From positions 1,248,001 through 1,312,000 of the forward strand of contig OZ244048.1 in assembly GCA_965215265.1 (NCBI GenBank): a stretch of 64,000 nt of DNA. The letters run 5' to 3'. The number at the start of each line of letters is the position of its first letter. The stretch's first letter is position 1. Of the stretch, positions 39,680-49,953 are shown one piece after another. The notes under the pieces were generated by a model. It had not been told where the DNA came from. It made no database searches and saw nothing but the letters and a program-made list of their open reading frames with translations. The stretch is from Candidatus Poribacteria bacterium (GTDB lineage Bacteria > Poribacteria > WGA-4E > WGA-3G). The position numbers and the translations under genes are program-made.

Positions 39680-42322
39680 TTAGACCTCCTCCGCAGTCGT
39701 CACGACTTGGTAATCCACGTTCAGGGCTTCTAGGAAATGCCGTTCACCGCATCGGATTTTATCGCTCTCACCCCGCCTAAGCTCCCCTACATCCGTTGTG
39801 CCTTTCGTCTCTCGCACTAAGTACAGCGTCTCACCCATCGATTCACCATGCGCATCACGCTCCTCTTTCACTATCGCCCAATCCGGATTATACGCACCTA
39901 TCGGCGTCGGAACGGTAAAGAACGCCGGAAGTTTGAGGTAGCACCGGATGTCATCCCGGTTTTCTAAACCCTTAACAAACTCGCGTTCTACCTCCGAATC
40001 ACATATCACCTTATCATAGACGCAACGCTTCGCCGGCACCAGATATTTCTCCCAACTTTCCAACTCGCAATCCAATTGGCACATCTCGTAAACTTCGCCT
40101 ATCTTCTCATATTTTATCCCCGCAATCAACTGCTCTCTAAGCTTCTCTCTGATGAGCCGTACCACAACCTTTACGAATTCAGGGGGATTGTCTATCGCCG
40201 CACGTTGCTGTTCAGTGCGCTTGAGGATTTCTAACAGCGTCGCGCGCGTCAACCGCAGCGGCGGCGTGGTATGCTCCAACCGATGCGCTATGTCACTCAA
40301 AACGTCCGAACGCCCCGATAACTGATAGGTAAAATGACTCTCCCCACTGTGCCGCCCCTCAAACCTCGTCGTTTCTTCATCAATCACCACGTCCCCTTTA
40401 CCAATTTTGAGGGTAGGCGCTAAAATCTTTGTTTCATCTAAGCCGGCGACAACGGCTCCAACTAATGCCTCCGTCTCAATCTCGACCTGGTATCGCGTCT
40501 TATGTTTTATCCGTTCCCACAACGTCTGAAACTCAGGCGTAAGCACTTTCATTTTGTCTAAGCGTGCGGTGTCCCGTTTTCGCGCATCCGCCGGGGTGGA
40601 CGAGTGCCCCACATCCCCTAGCTCCTCACGCACCTCACTTTGCAGCTGCTCTATGTAGCTCGTATAACTCTCGTTTGCGATGACAGTCAGCACATTGATG
40701 GACTCATCAGGAATCCGTTTACCCGCCTGATTCACCGCAAGCCGAACACCGCGCCCGATTTCCTGCCGTTTTTTCATCTCGGAGACAGTCTGGTTTAGCG
40801 TGCAAATTTGAAACACATTCGGACTATCCCAGCCTTCACGCAGTGCGGAGTGTGAAAAGATGAAGCAAGTCGGCTCATCAAACGAGAGCAGTCTCTCTTT
40901 GTCTTTCATGATGAGTTGATACGCCTCGGCATCTTTCTGTGCGTCTCCGGTTTTGCTATCTTCATAGACGACTTTCCCGCCCTTCCTGCTTTGGGCAAAA
41001 TAGGCGGCTTGCACATCCGCGGCACGCAGCGCTCGCCAGGCCGCAAATCCCGCCGCTTGTTTCAACTCATTGAAACATTTCTCAAACAGCTGACGAATGA
41101 TACCGGCTTCGCTGGCATAATTATCCACCTTATCAATAAAGAAGAGCGATAGCACCTTGATGTTATGTTCTCGGAGCCGCGCTTGTTTTCGAAAGTGCGC
41201 TTCTATTGTATACCGGATTTGCGCCTCAAAAATATCAGAGTTATCTGCCCCATGTGATTCGCCCGTTCTGATTTCTATACCGTTATCAAAGCGCACAGAT
41301 GCCCAGCTCAAGTCAATCTCGTTGACACGGTAGCCGCGATATTCCGGCAGATTTGTCTTGCGAACGGCTCCCAAATCATCTCCTGTTTTGACAGTGAGGG
41401 TTGTGCGTTTGACAGTGCCGCTCTTCTGCAGTTTATGAACTGCGAGCTTCGCCGTCACGCGGGTTTTCTGACTCTGAATGCTCTTGACTTCTATGAACGC
41501 CCGAGTTGTGTTTTCGCTCTTTTCAATACCCGCGACTTCTATCCGTTTGACTAAGCCTTGGCGATAGGCATCATAAGGTGTGAGGCGATAGACGCAATTG
41601 TAGAGATGCCGATGTGTGGCACTGTAGCGCAATGCGAAGAGCGGAGATAAGTTTGCCAACGATTTGAGGCTGAGGGTGCTTTCCATGTGCTGCGGCTCGT
41701 CTAAGATGAGAATAGGGCGCGCTGCTTGAATGAGGTGAATCGGGGTGTCGCCCTGCAGCCTGTCGGTGCGTTGCTGAATGATGTTAGTCGCTTTGTTGAA
41801 GGAGGCAAGCGTCATCACCAGGAACTCCACACTCCCCGAGAGTGCGAATTGCCGAACTTGCGAGAGATTCGCAGAATCGTAAGCATAGTAACAATAAGGT
41901 AGGTTCTGATATAAGTTTTTGAAGTGCGCCTCCGTCATCTGAAGGGTTTTCACCACGCCTTCACGAATTGCGACAGATGGCACGACAATAATAAACTTCC
42001 GCATGCCGTAATGTTGAAAGAGTTCCAGCGCGGTGCGTAAGTAGATGTAAGTCTTCCCGGTGCCGGTTTCCATCTCTACAGAGAAGTTTGGAAACTCCAT
42101 GGATTCTGTTAGATTAGCGTCAAGTGCATCGCCAATGAGCGGCTGAAGATTGGCGTTCAGTTGTTCTGGTTCTAAGTCAAGCCGGTTTGGTATAACGGCG
42201 GCGTGAGTGTCGCCACCGAATTGAAGGCTAACCTCAACGCGGGGCTGCCCTTCAAACAGCTTGATAACCGCATCTATTGCCTCCCGTTGGTAAGCTTGAT
42301 TGGCATCAAATTCAAACTGCAT
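39680..42322 (-). CDS. res: Type III restriction endonuclease subunit
   Basis: METGTGKT, VVPSVAIREG, ILDEPQ, RYSATH, LREGWD.PNVFQIC, QEIGRG.RL, YNPDWA...ETKG. Confidence 0.93.
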   Translation of the reverse strand: MQFEFDANQAYQREAIDAVIKLFEGQPRVEVSLQFGGDTHAAVIPNRLDLEPEQLNANLQPLIGDALDANLTESMEFPNFSVEMETGTGKTYIYLRTALELFQHYGMRKFIIVVPSVAIREGVVKTLQMTEAHFKNLYQNLPYCYYAYDSANLSQVRQFALSGSVEFLVMTLASFNKATNIIQQRTDRLQGDTPIHLIQAARPILILDEPQHMESTLSLKSLANLSPLFALRYSATHRHLYNCVYRLTPYDAYRQGLVKRIEVAGIEKSENTTRAFIEVKSIQSQKTRVTAKLAVHKLQKSGTVKRTTLTVKTGDDLGAVRKTNLPEYRGYRVNEIDLSWASVRFDNGIEIRTGESHGADNSDIFEAQIRYTIEAHFRKQARLREHNIKVLSLFFIDKVDNYASEAGIIRQLFEKCFNELKQAAGFAAWRALRAADVQAAYFAQSRKGGKVVYEDSKTGDAQKDAEAYQLIMKDKERLLSFDEPTCFIFSHSALREGWDSPNVFQICTLNQTVSEMKKRQEIGRGVRLAVNQAGKRIPDESINVLTVIANESYTSYIEQLQSEVREELGDVGHSSTPADARKRDTARLDKMKVLTPEFQTLWERIKHKTRYQVEIETEALVGAVVAGLDETKILAPTLKIGKGDVVIDEETTRFEGRHSGESHFTYQLSGRSDVLSDIAHRLEHTTPPLRLTRATLLEILKRTEQQRAAIDNPPEFVKVVVRLIREKLREQLIAGIKYEKIGEVYEMCQLDCELESWEKYLVPAKRCVYDKVICDSEVEREFVKGLENRDDIRCYLKLPAFFTVPTPIGAYNPDWAIVKEERDAHGESMGETLYLVRETKGTTDVGELRRGESDKIRCGERHFLEALNVDYQVVTTAEEV

Positions 42323-42336
42323 CTCTCCTCTTCTTT

Positions 42337-42564
42337 CTCGTATCTGCTCGTAAAATGTTACCTTTTGGTAACATTTTCTTAGACTGCTTTTTGGTTGTGA
42401 GAACGGCCTGTAATTCAGTCACCGTGTGGGTTTTGAGGCGATTCGCACACGTTGTTTCCTCGTATCTCCTTGTAAAACGTTACCATTTGGTAACATTACC
42501 GGCTTGTTGTGGGAACGGCTAAGAAATCAGTCACCGTGTGGGTTTTGAGGCGATTCGCACACGT
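42337..42564. repeat. Imperfect ~120-bp tandem duplication between mod and res
   Basis: Identical 38-bp core at 42415-42452 and 42527-42564; GTTACC-N4-GGTAAC palindrome in each unit. Confidence 0.85.
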
Positions 42565-42623
42565 CATTTTTCGCAGAAAAAAAATAAATTGCAAAAAGTG
42601 TAACGTTTTCCATATGCCGTGTG

Positions 42624-44439
42624 TTAGATTGTCTTGAGTCTGCATTGTAGCGCCAGATTGGCGGCAAGCGTATCGGTTAGCGCGATATCTCGGCAGACAA
42701 ACACCGTCTCTTTTTCAAGCGGCAGCCGAACTATATCCGCAGGTGTGAGTTCGGCATCTAAACAGATGAGAAACGACTGCGCATCTCCCGGCGTGCTAAC
42801 CCGAACGACACGGTTTCTCTCAAGTCCTGCTACCCGTTCAAAAGTGCAGTTGAGGGGGTATCCCTCTTTGAGTGCGACTTCATAGAGCACATCCTCTTCC
42901 TGCCAGCCGGGGCGGAGGGGCTCCACGGTGTTCTCCAACTGTTGGATATAGATTTGCGGATCGTCGGTTTGGAGCGTCTCTTGTTCTCGATAGTTGGATG
43001 CTGCGAGTTTGAAGACGCGGAAGCCTGTGGGTGTGAGCATATTTTGACAGGCGCGGCGGATGCGTTCCTTACCGATTTGTGCGATGTCTTCAAACCCGGC
43101 GTTGCGTGCGGCAGATTTTTGGGGTGTGCGTTCAGGCAGCTGCACCATGATGAATTGGCGATTGCCGCCGTCTTCTTGATTGAGTTCCATAACCGCTTGT
43201 GCCGTCGTGCAGGAACCCGCAAAAAAATCTAAAATCAAATCGTCTGCGTCAGCCGCTATCTGCAAAAATAGTTTGATAAGTTTTACAGGTTTCGGATAAT
43301 CAAAAACGGATAGGTCTAATTTTTCTAAGTCACACCGCCCATCAGAGGTTAGTGCGATGTCAACCCATGAACGCGGCGTGAGTCCTTCTTTGTCTCTAAG
43401 AAACCTTTTCCTTTTTGGCTTTGAGTTACCGGTTTTACCCCACCAGATTAGATTTTCATTAACCAATTTTTGAAAATTTGATTTGGTATAGGTCCAGCAG
43501 CGTGTAAATTTTTTGTTTGTAGGCGAGACGATTTCATAAGTCCGTGTTGGATCGTTATCTCCAGTTCTCGTCAAGTCCGTTGAGGCCCATGGACCTCGGG
43601 GATCATTATCTGGGTTTTTGTATTCTGCCCGTTGTTTTTTTGTAAGTGGTTGAAATAATTGCCCAATATTTCCTACACTCCGAGCGTACATCAGAATATG
43701 TTCATGTTGTCTGAAAAATAATTTTGAATCAGCCCCGGCCCCAGCTTTTTTACGCCATACAAAACCGCCGATGAAATTTTCTTCGCCAAAGATTTCATTC
43801 ATCAAGAGGCGAAGATTATGCACTTCATGATCATCAATACTGACGAAGATGATACCGTCGTCCGTGAGCAGCTGGCGTGCTAGAAAGAGGCGCGGATACA
43901 TCATCGAGAGCCACGCGGAATGATAACGACCGCTGCGCTCCGGATTGCTGGTTAGCAGGTTGCCCTCGGCATCGCTCTGTCCTGACAGTTGGAGGTAGGT
44001 ATCTAACGGGTTAGCGTAGTTATCGGTGTAGACAAGGTCTTTGCCCGTGTTGTAGGGTGGATCAATGTAGATGGCTTTGATGCGTCCGAAATACGGTTTA
44101 TAGAGGAGTTTGAGGACTTCAAGGTTGTCGCCTTCAATGAAGAGGTTTGGGGTGTCCTTGAAGCGTAGCGATTCTTGTGTGGCTGGTTTTAAAGTTGCCT
44201 GGGTAGGTGTGCTGAGAATTCGGATGGCTTCGCGCTTACCTGCCCAATTGAAGTTATATCTCTCTGCGGTATCGGTTTGTTTCTGCTCTACCCCCCCCTT
44301 GATAATTGTTAAGTAAAGCGTTAAGTTTCTCGGTATCAAATGCGCCTTCGGACACACATTCAGGGAAGAGGGCCTTGAGTTCGCGGAGGCGTTCGTCATT
44401 TGCGGTGGTGGCAATGCTTTGGATTTTCTCTGTTTTCAT
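42624..44439 (-). CDS. mod: Type III m6A methyltransferase 1, frameshifted at G8 tract (44291-44298)
   Basis: IEGDNLEVLKLL, IYIDPPYNTG, HSAWLSMMYPRL, YPKPV.LI, LDFFAGS.TTA; the 61-aa N-terminal ORF joins the main frame with G7. Confidence 0.9.
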
Positions 44440-44620
44440 CGGTGTGACTTTATGATTCGTCGACGCTATCTAGTGCAGCGTTAAGTTTTCGTAGTTTCAT
44501 AACTACAGCGGTGATTAGATTATCCGGATCGGACTGGATCCACTTTTGTGAACTGTTGTAGAATTATAGCACAATTGCGGAAGGGAACGCAAGGATAAAT
44601 CAAATTTAAAATGCCGTGTG

Positions 44621-46460
44621 TTAGATTGTCTTGAGTCTGCATTGTAGCGCCAGATTGGCGGCAAGCGTATCGGTTAGCGCGACATCTCGGCAGACAAACA
44701 CCGTCTCTTTTTCAAGCGGCAGCCGAACTATATCCGCAGGTGTGAGTTCGGCATCTAAACAGATGAGAAACGACTGCGCATCTCCCGGCGTGCTAACCCG
44801 AACGACACGGTTTCTCTCAAGTCCTGCTACCCGTTCAAAAGTGCAGTTGAGGGGGTATCCCTCTTTGAGTGCGACTTCATAGAGCACATCCTCTTCCTGC
44901 CAGCCGGGGCGGAGGGGCTCCACGGTGTTCTCCAACTGTTGGATATAGATTTGCGGATCGTCGGTTTGGAGTGTCTCTTGTTCCCGATAGTTGGATGCTG
45001 CGAGTTTGAAGACGCGGAAGCCTGTGGGGGTGAGCACATTTTGACAGGCGCGGCGGATGCGTTCCTTGCCGATTTGTGCGATGTCTTCAAACCCGGCGTT
45101 GCGTGCGGCAGATTTTTGGGGTGTGCGTTCAGGCAGCTGCACCATGATGAATTGGCGATTGCCGCCGTCTTCTTGATTGAGTTCCATAACTGCTTGTGCC
45201 GTCGTGCAGGAACCCGCAAAAAAATCTAAAACAATAGCATCCTTGTTCGCAATGAATTGGAGGAGGTGTTTGATTAAACCCACTGGCTTCGGATAATCGA
45301 ATATATGATATTCTTTAAATATTTCTCGTAGTTGTGTTCGCCCATCGCTGTTTCTTTCCACACCGGCTAAGAAACTTCGTAGAACTCTTTTAGATTCATT
45401 GAGGTAAAGTTTATATGCTATCTGCCATTCTTCGTTTTGATTTTTCATAAAAACAATCCTGCTATTTTCCTTGGCTTGAAGGAAACGTTTTTCTGACCAT
45501 CGCCACTTGTTCAGGACTGTTGAATTGTCAGGGCAGATGATTTCATACTGATGTCCCACATAACCGCCATATTGTTCTTGTGATTCAAATGGACGAGTTT
45601 TATAGGGGCCTAGCGTTGTATAATGCTCATCTTTCTCTGTATATGCCTCCTCCTCTTCTTGAGTTAAAGGTCGTCTTAATTTATCAATTGCTTGGAGATG
45701 TTTAGCGTAAGCGAGGATATATTCGTGGTCAGTCGCACAGTACTTAGCCTGATTCCCCGCCCCGCTGTGCCGCTGCCACACTAGCTGTTGCAGGCAATTT
45801 TCTTCGCCAAAAATTTCATTCATCAAAAGACGGAGATTGTGTACCTCATGATCATCAATACTGACGAAGATGATACCGTCATCTGTTAGCAGCTGACGTG
45901 CAAGGAAGAGGCGCGGATACATCATCGAGAGCCACGCAGAGTGATAACGACCGCTGCGCTCCGGATTGCTGGTTAGTAGGTTGCCCTCGGCATCGCTCTG
46001 TCCCGACAGTTGGAGGTAGGTATCTAACGGCTTGGCGTAGTTATCAGGGTAGACAAAGTCTGTGCCCGTGTTGTAGGGTGGATCAATGTAGATGGCTTTG
46101 ATGCGTCCGAAATACGGTTTATAGAGGAGTTTGAGGACTTCGAGGTTGTCGCCTTCAATGAAGAGGTTAGGGGTGTCCTTGAAGCGTAGCGATTCTTGTG
46201 TGGCTGGCTTTAAAGTGGCCTGGGTAGGTGCGCTGAGGATTCGGATGGCTTCGCGCTTACCTGCCCAATTGAAGTTATATCTCTCTGCGGTATCGGTTTG
46301 TTTCTGCTCTACCCCCCCCTTGATAATTGTTAAGTAAAGTGTTAAGTTTCTCGGTATCAAATGCGCCTTCGGACACACATTCAGGGAAGAGGGCCTTGAG
46401 TTGGAGGAGGCGTTCGTCGTTTGCGGTGGTGGTAATGCTTTGGATTTTCTCTGTTTTCAT
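44621..46460 (-). CDS. mod: Type III m6A methyltransferase 2 (different TRD), frameshifted at G8 tract (46312-46319)
   Basis: Same conserved motifs; N- and C-terminal parts nearly identical to mod1, central region unrelated. Confidence 0.9.
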
Positions 46461-46512
46461 CGGTGTTACCTTATCAAGACAGCGTTATGCTGATGCGTAA
46501 GATCGCGCTACG

Positions 46513-47970
46513 TTACACTTCACTTGAGGAATCTGCTTTTTTATAAGCCTCCAGCTTCCGGTGTAATGTGCGCACGCCAATGTCCAGAATTTTCGCTGCC
46601 TCTGTTTTATTACCGTCGGTTTCTTCTAACGTTTTGCAGATAGCAGCCCTCTCGATTTCCGCCATTGTCATGCCAACCTGACCGATGTTTTCACTCCGCG
46701 GATCACGGAATGTTACCGGGACTGCTCCTGATTGTAAACCCTCGACCTGATTACCGCTCTGCTGTACAACATCAGTAGGCGAAAACGTCAAAAACTCTTC
46801 CGTACTCCCCTGTTCCAGCACCTTCGCAGCGGCTAAAATCACTTCTAATGTTTTACGGATAACCGCTGGTTCGATGTCGGCTGGTGCTTGAGCCCAGTTA
46901 GGAACCTCATCTGAAATCAAAATCGGCTCTTCGTTTGTCTGAAGGGCTTCGGAAAAATCTTTGTGTTCGAGCAGGCGGATGGCGGATAAGATAATCGCCA
47001 TTGTTGTCTGGTAGATGGTTTGTTCGAGTTCTGGGGGCTGCTTTTCAATAGGGCTTATCACCGTTGTCCCCGGTCCTCCTTGCGCCCGTGGAACTGCTGG
47101 AAGTAGCACCTTTGCCTCCTCATCTCTATCTGAAGATTCGGAAGGAACGAGTTCGGCTGCGGTCGAAAACGGGGCCATCGCTAACTCAGGTTCAAGAGCA
47201 AAATCTTTAAGTTCAAGGATGTCAGATGTCGCTAAGATGATAGCAGCTTCAACAGCATTTTTGAGTTGGCGAATATTACCGGGCCATGGTGCATTTTCGA
47301 GATAATTGAGTGCGTCAGGCGAGAGCCCCCGGATCGATCTCTCATATTTCGTGCTGAATTCTTTAATAAAAGTATGCACCAGCGGCGGAATATCTTCGCG
47401 CCGCTCACGAAGTGGCGGAATGTGAATGCGAAAGGAGTTCAGACGGTAGTAGAGGTCCTCCCTGAATTCCTGATTCTCAACCGAGCTGCTAAGTTCCTTG
47501 TTTGTGGCAGCCACGATGCGGACATCAACTTTAATATTCCGATCGCCCCCGAGTCGTGTAAATTCATGCGTCTCTAAAACGCGGAGAAACTTTACTTGTA
47601 CCTCAAGGGACATTTCCCCTACTTCATCAAGCAGGAGCGTGCTCCCATCTGCCTGTTCAAACACCCCGCGCCGTTGCGCCACCGCCCCCGTATACGCACC
47701 CCTTTCATGCCCAAAAAGTTCACTCTGTAGCAGTTCATTGTTGTTGAACGTACTACAGTTGATAGCTTTAAAGGGCCTCTCTTTGCGCGGACTCGCGTCA
47801 TGAATGGCTTGCGCAATAACCTCTTTGCCGACACCCGTTTCGCCGGTGATGAGAACCGTCGCTTTCGTCGGGGCAACCTTGCGGATGAACCGAAAAATCT
47901 CCCGCATCGCTTTTGAGGTACCGATAATCGGTTGTGAATTACCACCAATAAGGTGCGTTTGAAGATTCAT
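46513..47970 (-). CDS. Sigma54-interacting AAA+ activator with Fis HTH and no N-terminal sensor
   Basis: GETGVGKE, SELFGHERGAYTGA, LLLDEV, FREDLYYRL, WPGNIRQL, GNKTEAAKILDI. Confidence 0.9.
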   Translation of the reverse strand: MNLQTHLIGGNSQPIIGTSKAMREIFRFIRKVAPTKATVLITGETGVGKEVIAQAIHDASPRKERPFKAINCSTFNNNELLQSELFGHERGAYTGAVAQRRGVFEQADGSTLLLDEVGEMSLEVQVKFLRVLETHEFTRLGGDRNIKVDVRIVAATNKELSSSVENQEFREDLYYRLNSFRIHIPPLRERREDIPPLVHTFIKEFSTKYERSIRGLSPDALNYLENAPWPGNIRQLKNAVEAAIILATSDILELKDFALEPELAMAPFSTAAELVPSESSDRDEEAKVLLPAVPRAQGGPGTTVISPIEKQPPELEQTIYQTTMAIILSAIRLLEHKDFSEALQTNEEPILISDEVPNWAQAPADIEPAVIRKTLEVILAAAKVLEQGSTEEFLTFSPTDVVQQSGNQVEGLQSGAVPVTFRDPRSENIGQVGMTMAEIERAAICKTLEETDGNKTEAAKILDIGVRTLHRKLEAYKKADSSSEV

Positions 47971-47990
47971 ACGAGTTCCCTATATATTTG

Positions 47991-48749
47991 TTAAAGAGAT
48001 GACGCTGCTGCTTCTAAGTGAGTGCCGAGGACAATCTCAACAAGTCGTTCTGGATGCTGCGTGACCTGCTCAAAAACGTGAAAACCTTCACGACATGCTG
48101 CGGCACATAATTTTTTGAAGATGAGCGCTTTCAGGGCCCAATTGCTAGTTTTCAGACTGTCACGCAACGCCTTCCCTGTTTCAATAACGTGAACATTCAG
48201 TAAATCATCAGCAATCAGATACCTGTGTCTCCGAGCAATGAGGAAAATCAAGGTTGCTGCATGTTGCCGCTCAAAAGCGTGCTCAAATATCCAAATGTCT
48301 TCTTGCCTCAAGAGCGACAAAACAAGGTTATACCTGCTAATTAAAGCAGTGAGGAATTCGGGAATTTTATGCTCGCCGAGCAGAGTCGGACGCGACGGAA
48401 TATTAAAAGGGACGATAACGTCATGCTCACTGGTCAGGCGTTCGCTGTCTATAACCCGTGGATGATTCCACGGGAAATACCAATCAACCCTTGTTTTTCC
48501 ATAATCCGCGTGCCCCCGAACCTGTTTTAAGCCTTCCCTGATTAACTTGGCCTGCGGTCCTTTAAACATCTCGCCTGCACGGGCACTGTAATCCCGGTCC
48601 TCATGATACCAGCCTTCCGCGTTGTAACCGCTCAGCTCCTTTTTTCTACGTGCGAGCCGCTTATATGAACAGTAATCTGCTTCTCGCAGCAGGTTATCGG
48701 GGGTATGTTTCTGCCGCTTTGTGTAAGAACTCAACACCAATATCTTCAC
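47991..48749 (-). CDS. Hypothetical protein (weak DUF6884-like resemblance)
   Basis: 252-aa ORF in operon position; MKILVLSS.TKRQ...A.EMFKG. Confidence 0.55.
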   Translation of the reverse strand: MKILVLSSYTKRQKHTPDNLLREADYCSYKRLARRKKELSGYNAEGWYHEDRDYSARAGEMFKGPQAKLIREGLKQVRGHADYGKTRVDWYFPWNHPRVIDSERLTSEHDVIVPFNIPSRPTLLGEHKIPEFLTALISRYNLVLSLLRQEDIWIFEHAFERQHAATLIFLIARRHRYLIADDLLNVHVIETGKALRDSLKTSNWALKALIFKKLCAAACREGFHVFEQVTQHPERLVEIVLGTHLEAAASSL

Positions 48750-48752
48750 ATA

Positions 48753-49919
48753 CTAAGCCTCTTGTTGCTGGCGCGTTCGGTTCCACAGATACAGAATCGG
48801 GCTGGCGATGAACACTGATGAGTAGGTACCTACCATCACTCCAACGATAAGCGCTAAGGCGAACGTGTTAATTTCCTCTCCTGTACTCGACAGCAAGAAG
48901 ATAACCAGCACAACAAATAACGTAGTCAACGACGTTATGACTGTACGACTCAGCGATTGATTGATGCTCCGGTTAAGTACCTCTATATAGGGCACACCGC
49001 GCAACGTACCTAGGTTTTCACGAATGCGGTCGAATACCACAATCGTATCATTAAGCGAGTACCCGATAATGGTTAGAAACGCAGCCACAGTGGGTAGGTT
49101 AATCTCTTTTGACAGCACGGCGAAGATGCCTAATGTAATCAGAACGTCGTGGACGAGCGCTGCAATTGCCCCGACGGCGAAACGGAGCTCAAACCGCCAC
49201 GAAATATAGACTAGTAAGATCACGATCGACCAGAGCACGGACCAGAGCGCTGCCCATTTTAAATCGCGCCCGACACTCGGACCTACCTCGGAAACGTTCA
49301 CCCCACTCGGCAAGGCCTGCCATCCTTCACCGCCTTCGAGCAGCGCATCCGTCAGAATTCTACCGATGCTTGCCTGGATTTGGAGTGTTGCGTTTTCGCT
49401 GGCATCAATTCCGAGTCCCTCTGCGAAGGTGAGTTGGAGTGCTGTTCCATCTGCTATCGGTTCCAGTGCACTAATCTGAACCCGTCTTTGTAAATCGCCA
49501 TCAACTAGCTGCACCGTGTCACCGACTTCCAAAAGATGAACTTTCTCTGCACTACTACTCACCTGAAGCATCGTCGCCGTGGAATCCCCCGGATCACCCA
49601 AGAGCGGAATGTCAATCAGTTGTTGTTGAAACTCTGGGCGATGTCCCATAGAGATGGTCGCTTCGTTTTCGCTTGGATCCAATTGAATTTTCGCCCGGTC
49701 GTAACCTAAGGCTGCCAGTTTCGTTTGCAGCTCCGATTCTGTTACCGTTCTATTGAATTTCGCCCGGATTTTCACACCACCACGAAAGTCTATTCCAAAA
49801 TTCGGTCCTTGATGGATGACAAGGAAAATCACTCCGATAACAATGAGTGTGCCGGAAAATAGAAATCCGGTGCGGTGTTTGTTGATAAAATCGAAATTTG
49901 TATTTTTCAGTAATTCCAA
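48753..49919 (-). CDS. secF: Protein translocase subunit SecF
   Basis: GIDFRGG, VGPSVG, ALVHDV, IGYSLNDTIVVFDRIRE, SLSRTVITS, GTYSS.FIA. Confidence 0.96.
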   Translation of the reverse strand: MELLKNTNFDFINKHRTGFLFSGTLIVIGVIFLVIHQGPNFGIDFRGGVKIRAKFNRTVTESELQTKLAALGYDRAKIQLDPSENEATISMGHRPEFQQQLIDIPLLGDPGDSTATMLQVSSSAEKVHLLEVGDTVQLVDGDLQRRVQISALEPIADGTALQLTFAEGLGIDASENATLQIQASIGRILTDALLEGGEGWQALPSGVNVSEVGPSVGRDLKWAALWSVLWSIVILLVYISWRFELRFAVGAIAALVHDVLITLGIFAVLSKEINLPTVAAFLTIIGYSLNDTIVVFDRIRENLGTLRGVPYIEVLNRSINQSLSRTVITSLTTLFVVLVIFLLSSTGEEINTFALALIVGVMVGTYSSVFIASPILYLWNRTRQQQEA

Positions 49920-49953
49920 TGCTCTGTCCTTGTTTTTCGGGAATCCTGCTTCC

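Noticed and set aside
42415-42564. Two identical 38-bp repeats as a mini CRISPR array
   Set aside because: Only two copies, the 74-bp gap is itself homologous to the sequence before copy 1, and no cas genes are present.
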